Source: Eledone cirrhosa
Taxonomy: Eukaryota
Assembly: GCA_964016885.1 (NCBI GenBank)
Contig: CAXHJY010000234.1
Coordinates: forward strand, 15,474-79,473
Direction of reading: 5' to 3'
Length of the DNA: 64,000 nt
This document shows positions 12,325 through 23,375 of this stretch, piece by piece; the stretch's first letter is position 1; each line of letters begins with the position of its first letter. The notes beneath the pieces were generated by a model. The model did no database searches, was not told where the DNA came from, and saw only the letters and a program-made list of their open reading frames with translations. Made by a program: the position numbers and the translations under genes.

Positions 12325-12638
12325 GTTTGGCAGGATCGGTAGAGTACCAGACATATTTTACAGCATGTTTCTTTACGTTCCGAATTCAAATCACGTCGAG
12401 GTTAGTTTGCCTTTCATCCTTACGGGATCGATAAAATAAAGTACCAGTAATGCACTGGGTTGATTTAATCGACCCCCCCCCCCCCCCAAAAAAAAAAAAT
12501 TACTGGTCTTGTGCCTATACTAGAAATCATTATTATGACTTTAACTTTGCCTTTCATCCTTATGGGGTCGATAAAATAAAGTATCAGTAATACACTGGGT
12601 AATTGCTGGCCTTGTACCAAAAGTAGAAACAATTATTA
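12325..12638 (+). mobile_element. Family 1 SINE plus tandem partial copy
   Basis: Two successive TTTGCCTTTCATCCTTA.GGG.TCGATAAAATAAAGTA.CAGTAAT cores. Confidence 0.75.
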
Positions 12639-12652
12639 TGACTTACATATAG

Positions 12653-12845
12653 GGCGGTGGATTGGCAGTATCGGTAGAGGGTCAGACGCCATGCTTTGCA
12701 GCAAAGAATTACGGCCCTTTATGATCTGAGTTCAAATCCTGCCGAGGTTAACTTTGCCTTTCATCCTTACGGGGTCGATAAAATAAAGTACCAGTAACGT
12801 ACTGAGTAATTGCTGGCTTTGTGCCAAAAGTAGAAACAATTATTA
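12653..12845 (+). mobile_element. Full-length family 1 (tRNA + Nin-like) SINE with TSD
   Basis: A/B boxes (TGGCAGTATCGG; GAGTTCAAATCC), Nin-like core; direct repeat TGACTTACATATA at 12639-12651 and 12846-12858. Confidence 0.85.
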
Positions 12846-13358
12846 TGACTTACATATATTTAACATATATAGGAAAGTGTAAAATAGTGAGGTGAATATA
12901 TGTTATTGAGAGATATATCAGTGCATGAGTGTATACACCTAGTATATATTTCTAAAAGTTTGTGTGTATATCCATCCCCCTCCCCCCACTTCCTCTTATT
13001 TTTATGTAACACTTCTTCCCCCTTCTGCCTCACTTCAGACTTTGTGTTTTACATTTGCCTCATTCATTTGCACTCTCTCTCTCTTTCTTTATCATCTATT
13101 TCTCTTTTATCATTCTCCCTTATTTTCAACCCTTCGCCTTGTTATGACAAACGCTTACACTATCGCTCTGTATTTCTCTTTTCCTTTTTATTTCCTTTTC
13201 TCTCAAAACTTTGGGACATTTTCTTTAATCCAGTTGTCATTTAAATAATTGATCGTACATCAAAAATTATTTCATGAGAAAAAATTAACAAAAAACAAAC
13301 AAACAAACACAATATGCTGTGTACACACGCATACACATTAAACAGTATGTCAAATACT

Positions 13359-13539
13359 TGTTTCTACTTTAGGCACAAGGCCAGCAATTAACCAGTGCAT
13401 TACTGGTACTTTATTTTATCGACCCCGTAAGGATGAAAGGCAAAGTCAACCTCGGCGGGATTTGAACTCGGATCGTAAAGGGACGTAACTATGCTTGAAA
13501 GCATGGCGTCCGACCCTCTACCGATACTGCCAATTCACC
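13359..13539 (-). mobile_element. Full-length family 1 SINE with 12-bp TSD
   Basis: Reverse complement of the 12653 copy; TSD ATGTCAAATACT at 13347-13358 and 13540-13551. Confidence 0.9.
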
Positions 13540-13854
13540 ATGTCAAATACTATTTCTAATTCATGTAATTTGTTTTTAGGCTGTTGATATTCAGTTAAAA
13601 TTGCTGAAAGTTGACTTCTTCATAAAAGACATGTGCAAGGAAAGAATTTCAGAGGGATGACGTTCTATGAAGAAAGGACTGAACGTATTGGTTAGTGCAA
13701 TGTCTGGAGAGTTGAACATAATATGAGTAATGAGAAGAGGAGTGACGAGTGAAGCGAGAGTGCTTGAGTGAAGGTGGCACAGGTCAGCCAAATCTGAAAA
13801 TCGGATGCCATTTTATTAGTGGTTGAAATATCTAGGGTGTATGCGTAGTATCAC

Positions 13855-15065
13855 TGTTACGTTGCGATGTGGGAGCAAGATTCCCTTGTGGGTCTTACCT
13901 GAACATTGTTAGGGGTTGAAGTATTGTCATGAGGGAGCTATAGAATTTATATTTGCATCTCCACACGACTCCAGACTGAATCTCCCTGTGCTGGTGTTCG
14001 CCTGTTTTACGCCCGGCCAAAATATACAGTCTCTCACACATAATCATAACACTCATGAACAAGCACGTCCACACGGTACCGCGTCCTGACCAAAAAGAGG
14101 GTGTGAAAGGGCCGCGAACTTTAACGCCCTGTCACTGGCCTTTTGCTTCGGGCATGACTTTCCCTGCATTTCCGGCACCCTAGCTCCTATCCTGATCTCA
14201 AGAATCGATCATCCCATCATATTACTCCATGTCAAAGTCGGTCATCCAGCTGGGTGGACGGCGTTCCCGTTGCGATCCCTGCACAGTTGGGACGGCGCTT
14301 TTGTTCTCTTCTCAGAAGTCCGTCAAATCAACCACTCAACAAACATCCAAGACGTGATGCGGCATTCCGTCCACAGACATATTCTTTTGGGAATTTACGG
14401 CCGTTACTGTTCCCTTTCCCCATTGAGACGTGTAACGCACATTCGGAGGCTTAACACAGACTTCTTTGCCCACTTGTACAAATGCATTCTCTCTCTCTCC
14501 TCCACAGGTTGTAATAATGTGCACGGATGTTGCCAGTCATATCTATATATCACCCTGTGTGGTACCAACTCCGAGGAGATATGTTGTACCAGAACACTGC
14601 CTCCATTTGTGAAATGTGTCCCCTCTTCGCCACGGCCTTGATTGTGCGATGGTGTCTTTACACGATCCCATTTCCACTCGGCTTGTATGCCTCTCTGAAG
14701 AAGCAGCTCACGTTCCACCCATCAATCATCTCTTTCAGCATCTCCGAGCGAAACGCCGTCCTGTTATCCATCAACAGTTCATCTACAGGGCTTCGCTCCA
14801 AGAATATCTCTTTCAGCGTCCGTGCAATTTCTTCCGCAATCCCCGTTTTCATCTTCCTCTATATTGCCATCCGCAATCGACCATCTAGAGATACGTCCCC
14901 TGTCGGTAGAAAGTCACACCCACTGCCAATCGCTTCCAGTTATTCTCCACTGGGATGTTACCCGTGTCATGCACGCCTGGAGTTGGGTCGATAAACCGAC
15001 ATCTGTCACAACTCTCGACCACTTTCTGGTATACCCTACGATCAAGCTTAAACCATTTCGATGGC
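13855..15065 (-). mobile_element. Ty3/Gypsy LTR retrotransposon relic: integrase plus probable 3' LTR
   Basis: Minus-strand VVESCDRCRFIDP..NNWKRLAV (zinc knuckle and core), LLMDNRTAFRS..AYKPSGNGIV (DDE core), SQWGKGTVTAVNSQKNMSVDG, terminal RERRPPSWMTDF*; putative LTR ~14185-13855 ends in ...GTAACA. Confidence 0.8.
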
Positions 15066-16359
15066 AGATCTATCTTATAATAATATCTCCACTCTACTTT
15101 TCTTAAGTATGAAATACATAGTTTTAATTACTAACATCTTATTCTCACCCACCCACATACCTACCTATGTAATGTTATAAGCTGCTAAAATGCTAATAAA
15201 CAATTTGTGTTCCGCAAGTCATCTTGCCGGGAAAGGAAATAATCATTTTTTTCCCTTGAGCATGTTTGATTCCTTCTCTTAAGATGATAAATTCGCTACA
15301 ATGCATTACCTAAATGGTATGAGAAAGTTATCGCTTGGTTTTGCACTTTCTTTGTTTTCATAAGTTGATCACAATCATTTCAGTTTTCTCGTCCGTTATA
15401 CCTAAATTCCGAGATCAACCTCGCCTTTCATCCATTCGAGGTTGATAAAAAAGTACCAGTCAAGTACTGAGATTCGATTCTTCCTCTATATCTCTCACTC
15501 GCTCTATCTTTCTCTGGATGAAATCTGCTGTATTCAGACTTAGTGAGGATTGGGTTCCGTCAGGTTTAAAAGATGCCCTTGAAACACTGTCAATACGATG
15601 CCCCTACGACTCCCTCAGGAATTACGGGACTATACCATGCATAGCATACCATGTCTAAATTCTCTCTGCTGTTGTTTCTGGTTTTTGTGACTGGTATTTA
15701 TTTACACTAGTCTTTGCGTCATTGCGAAGAGAATATTTTAAGTGAACTTAACCTAAACCTAACCTAATTCTCTACTGTTGTTGCGAAAAATGTAACTGAA
15801 CCCTCTATTTCCTGTCATCGTGCTGTTAGTCCTGCCTTTCTTTTCCCCTCACAAAGTTTATTAGTTTCTTTCTTATTTCCTCTCCTTCCTCTCTTTCGTC
15901 TCCTCTTTCTTTCCCCCCTGTTTATCTGGTTATTCTTTTTTTCTTGATTTTATTTTTACACTCTTCTCACTTTACCCTCTCTCCCTCTGCTTATCTATTT
16001 CTTTTTCCTTCCCGTCTGTCTCATTTTTTACTTTGTCTGCCTGTCTCATTTTTTCCCTCCCTCTATTTGTCTTACACTCTCTTTTTCACTTTCTATCCAT
16101 CCATCATTCTTTCTTTCTCTGTCTTTAACAACGTTTGGTGTTGTATTTCTCTCCTACTTTCCCCCTCTATCTTGTGTTAGTGTCTCTTTCTCACGCCCGC
16201 TCTCTCTTGTTACCCGTTTCTCTCTCTCCCCATCTCTCTCAAGTTGTTTTACCTGATTTGTTTACATGAAACTGGGTCGATCGACTGATTATGAGCGACG
16301 AAAGCTAACTTTATCTTATTTGTTATTCCATCAAATTTCAGTGACTTCCCCGTTCAACC

Positions 16360-16505
16360 GCTAGCTGGAATGGATCTTCCAGCGCGTCTCCCTCACCATC
16401 CCCCGGGGAAACGCCTTCTCTATTCTGTCCGCCGGGGCTATGGGCGGCCAGCGCGTGGGCAGCCTTTTGCTCATAATAGTGAGAGATGGGAAGAGCGGGA
16501 GATAG
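16360..16505 (+). mobile_element. CRE-like non-LTR retrotransposon C-terminal relic
   Basis: LEWIFQRVSLTIPRGNAFSILSAG in a locally GC-rich patch. Confidence 0.65.
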
Positions 16506-16939
16506 GGAGTTTAGTTCCTTTGTGTTCGGACCTGGTGTATATGTATGTTTCACGGACACACACTTACATGTAAACATTCTTTTATAATCACAAAAACCAA
16601 TGTACACACACTTAGTTTTACCTAACACTTGTCTTATCTGATAAAACCACTGCTTAAAAAAATACACTGAAGATTAAGAAACACGCGCACACAGGCATGT
16701 GCACTGTAAAGAGTGTACATACACACGCGCACTCTCACACACGCGTGTACTCACGTGTACACACAGACACACTCATACTATCACATACAAACATACGGAA
16801 AGTCAGAGTGAATAGTGAGTCGTTAATCAGAAAATAGTTTAGTTTTTCATCTTGTTCATACTACACTGTTTATCATCACAGCATAAATTTAGTTTAGTCT
16901 CCCTCCATCGACTTTGTTTTCTCAAAGCTTTCACAGTAA

Positions 16940-17348
16940 TACTTCTTCCCCCACTTCTTCCTAGGAGGGTGTGGAGGAAGAGTTCTCAAACACTCCTTCC
17001 AGCGGGTCCTTTCAGGAGCAACTGTCCCCAAGCCAGGTTCATTGATGCTATCCAACCATCCTGCTGGTTGTTTTTTTTTGTCTGTAAAATCTGTCCAGTG
17101 ATTCTTTCCCGAGACATTCTAACCACATACCCATAGTATCGGAGCTGTGATCTCTTCTGGAGCAACTCTGATCTCTGAGCTACACATGTGAGTAACATAG
17201 CTCCAGAGTTTCTTCGGAGGAACCCTATTTCAGCCACTTGTATTCCCGATCGTATTCTTTCAGTCATTACCCTAAATTCATGTCTATATGTAAAGGTTGG
17301 TATGAATAGCGAATTGAAGATGAGTTTGGCTTTAACACCTACCTCCAT
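16940..17348 (-). mobile_element. Degenerate RTE LINE 3' fragment (family C)
   Basis: ORF 16986-17348 VKAKLIFNSLFIPTFTYRHEFRVMTERIRSGIQVAEIGFLRR..SQLRYYGYVVRM. Confidence 0.75.
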
Positions 17349-17794
17349 TCAACGTTAACACTTTTTACCTGAAGGATAGCACATTAGAAAAAAACTCTGA
17401 GTATTGACATTGAAATACGAGCTTTAAATGAATAAACTCTATTACATATGTTATGTACTTTTTCTTCCATATGTGTGTGTGTGTATGTGTTCTTAATCAT
17501 GACACTATTTCATGTTGCTCCATTCCACTAAGTTGACAAAAATAATTTGTGCCTGTAACTTACAAGACCAGCATTGTGACATGCTGAATCTCCCTGAGAA
17601 CTATGTCAAGGGTACATGTCCCTCTGGAATGCCCATCCATTTTCACGTTAATTCCATGAGCAGACTGTTTCAGTGTTTGATCAACTGGAACACAAGTCAG
17701 AACCGATGGATGTTCAATAATACAAATGTTTTCATGAGAAAGCTGTTTCGTTGTTCAAACAACTGGAACACTTGTCGTAATTGAGTGTGTGTGT

Positions 17795-18245
17795 CATCAT
17801 CATCATCGTTTAACAGCCATTTTTACATGCTTCCATGTGTTACTTTGATACTTTGATAGGTTTCAGCCAGTATTGGCTCAGGCCATGTTTAACTTAATAG
17901 CACCACCTGGCAAACAGGTTGCCAAATTATAAGAAAATTTAGGTCAGGTGACCATGTCATGCTTATGTGGATTTGTATTCTGGCTTGATGCCCTTCCTAA
18001 CACCAACCACATTACAGAGTGGACTGGGTGCTTTTTATCATGGCACTGAAAAGACAATCCAACAGGGTTGACTGGATGCTTTTTGTCATGTCATCAACAC
18101 AGCCTCCTTACAGGGTTGACTGGGTACTTTATGTTGTGTCACAAGCACGACCACTTTACAGTGTGGACTGGGTGCTTTTTTTTGTGTCACCAACATGACC
18201 CCCGCCACAGAATGGACTGGGTGCTCTTTTTGTTGTCGTACTGGA
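17795..18245 (-). mobile_element. RTE/SINE tail with ~5 decayed tandem 48-bp modules
   Basis: CATCATCATCATCGTTTAAC tail, GATGCCCTTCCTAACACCAACCAC, repeated GGACTGGGTGCTTTTT units. Confidence 0.7.
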
Positions 18246-19384
18246 TCAGTATACATGGTGAGAAAAAAATTACTTGATACATGTAAAATTTATTTCAATG
18301 AAGTCAATAAAGGCAGCAAATTTGGAGAGTTGTTAGGGCATGGGATTAAAAATACCTTGTTCAAATCCTGCCGAGGTCAACTTTGCTTTTCAGCATTTTG
18401 AAGTTGATAAATAAATTGGTATTTTAAACTATTCAAAAAACAACAAACAAACACAAAATGCTATTGTGGATGCAGCATGGCCCAATGGTTAAGAAGTTTG
18501 TTTTGTAATCATTAGATTCTAGGTTCAGTCCCACTGTGTGATATCTTGGGCAAATGTCATTTATAATAGCCTCGAGTCAACAAAAGTTTGTGAAGGAAAC
18601 AGGGTAGACAGAAACTATTCAGAAGCCCGTTAGATGGACTGTACCTGTAATTCAAAGGACCAACCCTGTCACACAGTCTCGTGCTAAATCTCTCTGATGA
18701 GAACTATGTTAAGAGTGCACATGTCTTTGACATGCAGGTTGTTCTGTTGATCAAACAACAGTAACACTCACCATTGAAACCAATGGAGATCCATTTTAAA
18801 ATGTTTTAATTAAACAATTTTTTGAGATAGTTTAAATTAGAAACAAAAATATTTCTTTGTTTCATATGGACACCCATCTATAAACATTTCTATGTGCCAT
18901 CTCACAAAATTCCATTACCAATGCTTCAGATAAGCAACACCCTAGTTTGTTGATTTTAATTCAATTATATTTATTAAGTTTATTTTATCTACCTTGTGTT
19001 TATTTATTTAAGCTGTTTAATTACAGGAAATTATGAGGAGAAAATAAAACAGCCAAACAAACAAAGAAATGTTGTTTAGCCTCGAGTCTGACTTAAGAGC
19101 AAATACGTTTCAGCTATGACTGTCTTATCTTTTTAGCGGGTGTGTGTATGCACGGACATATAACTCCTAATGGAGTCATAGGAATTTAAAATCCAGTGGG
19201 GCCCATCCCCTCTAGTGATTGAAATTGATTCCAGTATTGGACTGGTGCTTAATTCATTGACCTCAAAAGATGACAGTTTAAATTCAAAGTATAGTGAACT
19301 AGAACAAATGTCAAGGCATTTGACTCTGCCAATTTGCTGCCTTAAGATCTCTATTCACAGATTGTGACAAGATCCCAGACCTCA

Positions 19385-19610
19385 CTTGCTTTACTGAATA
19401 GGGTTGAACACATCAGATGGAGCTAAGGAAACAATGCTTTGATTGGTCTTTCAAATTGGTGTTACTATCTACCAGTTGCAATTCCTAGCAGGAGTAATGT
19501 GAAATAAAGTGTCTTGCTCAAAGACATAATGCATCGCCCAGTCCAGGAATCAAACTCACAACCTCACAATTGTGAATCCAGTTCTCTAACCACTAAGCCA
19601 CATGTCTTCA
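19385..19610 (-). mobile_element. tRNA-derived SINE (family 2), degenerate
   Basis: GTGAAATAAAGTGTCTTGCTCAA..CCAGGAATCAAACTC..AACCACTAAGCCAC. Confidence 0.65.
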
Positions 19611-20126
19611 CTAGATCCCTATAGAAAGTGTAATTTCAGTGATGTTTTGAACTAGCTGAGCTTATTGTTATTGTAATGTAGGGATTACTGGCCACAGTTA
19701 TTTTGTTGCCCTGGATTTATAGAAAAAAACCCATGCCAGACAAGTTGTCTGTCAAATGATTAGGTATGCCCCACATAATCATTATTCCAGGTACATCATG
19801 TCTCTGTCTAGTTGAGGAGTAAAAGTGTGTGGCTTGGTGTGAATTTGATGCCCAGCAGCACCTTATATCCTTCAGCAAGTCACTATATTTTACATTGCTC
19901 CAGTACATTCACATGGAATAAAATTGAGCTGTACTTTGTAATTCAAAGGGCCAGCTTTGTCAGACTCTGTATCCTGCTAAATCTCCATGAAAACTACGTT
20001 AGTGGTACAAGATTTTGTGGAATGTTTAACCACTTGCACATTAATACATTAATTTCATGAGTAAGCTGTTGACAAAGAATAATTGGAATACTTGTCAGAA
20101 ACAATGGTAGTCTAACATTACATTAA

Positions 20127-20346
20127 CCCTTTAGCATTTACATTACTCTATATATACTATTATATTTTCATGGTAAAGTCTTTATCTCACATCATTATCT
20201 CACATAATATTGAGCCTATGAGATTTTGATATTACTTATTTTGAGAACAATACCTTAACATCAGTATGAGTTGCCAGTTACAGCCGGTTTGAACAGAAAG
20301 AGGTGACAGATTCTGGCCGGATACTGCCAGGTTAAATGCTAAAAGG
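20127..20346. mobile_element. piggyBac-type MITE (family P1)
   Basis: TTAA|CCCTTTAGCATTTA ... TAAATGCTAAAAGG|TTAA; homologues at 39175-39393 and 40437-40627. Confidence 0.8.
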
Positions 20347-21378
20347 TTAAGACTAGCAGAGGATTACACTGCATATTCCAACAAGAAGTAGCCATTAGTA
20401 TGGGTTGTAGTGTTTACACTCTTAACATATTGCACTCTTCCCATTGTCCAGTCTATTTCTGTATGCCTACTGTTACAGCCATTGTCTAGCATAAGGTCAG
20501 CTCAAATCCTGTAGATATATGATCAAAGTTATTCCAGCTTTGACCATCTTATTCTTTTTGTATAAACTGACCTACAATGTCCAATGTTCTTTCTTAATTT
20601 AGGGTGGTAGTGTGATTCGAGTGAATCTGTTTGTTATTTCTAGCAGGTCAAGCCAGAATGTGGAGACACTTATATTCTGATATTGTCTATAATAATGGCA
20701 GCCAAGGTGGATATGGTCAAATCATGTAGTCACTTGTATGACTAGATGCTATTTTATGCTCCAGGTGCTCTATTTGCTAGAATAAGTAGCTAAATCTTAC
20801 CTACTACTCTATGAGAATATCTTTGAAAGAGTCCAACCTAAAATGTATGGACCTATAACTTTGGATGAAGTTGTAGGGCCAGTACCATGATATATGGTAT
20901 TTTAAAAACCTGACGAAGCCCATCCCTTCTTCAGGTCTGAAAATAGCATATTTCTTCCAGAGAAAGAGAGAGAAGAGAAGTAAGAGAGAGATGTAGAAGA
21001 AGAATTGACCCTAGTATTAGACTGGTACTTTTTGTTTTATCAACCTCAAAAGGATGAAAGCGAAGTTGATCTCTGGAATTTCAACTTGGAGTTCAGAGAG
21101 CCAGAATAAATAACACAAAGCATGCTATTCCATGTTCTAACAGCTCTACCAATTTGCTGCCTCCCATCTTAAAAACATGTCAAAAACAATTCATAAGATA
21201 GTCACTATGGTGTTGAATGGTGGCCAAATATTAAAAAAGCCTCATTTAGTTTAAACATGATATATTTTTTCAAAGGTTTTCACTATACAAAGTTTTTTTT
21301 TTTCAGTGACATTTCATGTTGTAAAGAGATGATGTCACTTAAACAAAATACTTTCTAAAGTTTATTATGCATAGTTAA

Positions 21379-21627
21379 CCCTTTCACTGCCATGTTTCTA
21401 ATGAAAAACATTGGCTATGATTATCAAATAATTTTGAAATAATCAAAAATTTGGAAGAGATTTTTAAAACATTTAACTTTAGGGTCAGGAAGGGAGCAAA
21501 CCTTAAGGTGGTGTTTGGAGCATAATTTAATTTTTATTTTTATTTTTTAGATAAATATCAATGCTTTAAAATAAAGTTTTGTATTATAGCACCAGAGGCT
21601 GTTCCAGGTGATTTAGTATCGAAAGGG
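21379..21627. mobile_element. piggyBac-type MITE (family P2)
   Basis: TTAA|CCCTTTC ... GAAAGGG|TTAA; decayed relatives near 1980-2232, 7540-7786, 39897-40110 and 50008-50250. Confidence 0.7.
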
Positions 21628-22992
21628 TTAATAGAAACCTTATACAGTTTTATAATAATAAGCGATGTTATATAAACTTATGAATGTGTTGTCATCATCA
21701 TCATCATTTTACATTTGATTTTCTATGCTTCCTTGAATTGGCCAAGTCTTTTACAGCATAGCTTCCCCCCACTTGTGTTCCTTTGTTATCTCCACTGTAA
21801 CGTTCAATTTGAGATCAGCCCAGACCTTCATTGATTTTCTTCTGCTGTAGCATCTTTCCACTGGGATCTCTTGGCACTTCTTCATAACATGCTATGAATT
21901 ATAACTACTGTGGTTAAACCACAGTAGTTATAATTCTTGCTGGATAGAGAAACTGCACTAATGTTATGGAAGTTGAAGTAGACCAACTTTGGTGAATTAG
22001 GGGAGCTGCTAGAGCTCTGTATTAAATGCTCTACACTTTGGTTCCAGCTCTCTGCACACTGAGTTCAAATCCCACTGAAGTCAACTTTTCCTTTAGAGAT
22101 CTTAGGGTCAATAAATTACTACTCCAAAGCAGTGGATTGGCAGAATTCTTAGTGTTGGTTGTTCTATGCATCCTAAATTCAAATCCAGCCTCATGTCTCT
22201 AGAAAATTGTGACAGAAGAGGACTAGAATTTCTATCATAAAAACGTCCAAGAAAACTCCCATAACGTATCATTTCTTAAACTTATACAGATTTGAACTGT
22301 GACTACCTCAATAGTATACTGTTAAAAGCTATAAACTATTGTTCTCTTTGCTGAAGTGATAAAAATGATGAAACTAGTTGTGTAGGTCTCCTTTTTCTGG
22401 CTGCTTTTTCAACCATGTGGTTTGAACACAATATCTACTTTTCACATTTAGTCTAAAAGTGTGTGTTTACTAAAAATATACTTCAGGAAGTATATTTTAC
22501 ATCTCAGCTTAATACACAAGCATGGCCATATGGTTAAGGAATTCACTTTGGAACTATGTGGTTGTACGTCAAGTCATGCTGTGAGACACCTTGGTCAAGT
22601 GTCTTCTACGATAGCCTTAGGGTGACCAATACCTTGAGTTGAATTTGTTAGACGGAGACTGCACAAGTCCTGTGTGTGTGTTTGTGTGTGTGTGTGAGAC
22701 TGTCTGTGTTTACGTTTGTATTTGTATTTTAGCAGTTTGACAAAAAGAGTGCTAAGTACCATACATGTAAAAATAAGTGCAGGGGTCCATATGATCAACT
22801 AAATCAAGGCAAAGGCCCTGGATGGCCGCAATCTAATGACTGAAACCATTAAAAAAGTCAAATAGGAAGAGTATATAGCTTCTTGCTTTGGCATATATGT
22901 ATATGATGTGTTTATATACTTGTATACATTTGTAAACAAATCATCTGTAAAATTTCCTGTTTTGGTGAAGAAAGCAAATTTTTGGCTGTGTT

Positions 22993-23037
<45 letters not shown>

Positions 23038-23077
23038 ATCCTTTCCTGACATCAGTTAAGGACACACACACACACAC

Positions 23078-23328
23078 ATCATCATCATCATCATCATCAG
23101 GTTTAGCGTCCGTGTTCCACGCTTGCATGGGTTTGGACGTGGGGTTTTCCCACTTGAGGCAAGAGTGGTTGTCTTGCTCGCATAGGACTGTCTGGCGGGT
23201 TTTCTACAGTTGGATGCCCTTCCTAACACCAACCACATTTACAGTGTGGGGCTGGGAGGTTTTTACCGTGTTGCCTACACGGCCACATTACAGCGTGGAC
23301 TGTCTGGCGGGTTTTCTACAGCTGGATG
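23078..23328 (-). mobile_element. RTE family A 3' tail fragment (inverted)
   Basis: (CAT)n then reverse complement of the 25750-25964 tail; short internal duplication CTGGCGGGTTTTCTACAGCTGGATG at the junction. Confidence 0.9.
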
Positions 23329-23375
23329 ATATATATATATATACATATACATATACATATATATATATATACATA

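Noticed and set aside
15745-15768. AACCT-like telomeric repeat
   Set aside because: Only about three imperfect units; no array
20929-20980. CTGACGA..GAAA hammerhead-like string
   Set aside because: Stem II imperfect and stem I absent; likely chance
22908-23375. N-terminal extension of the 410-aa ORF as a fusion gene
   Set aside because: Chance read-through across microsatellite and an inverted LINE tail into the RTE frame
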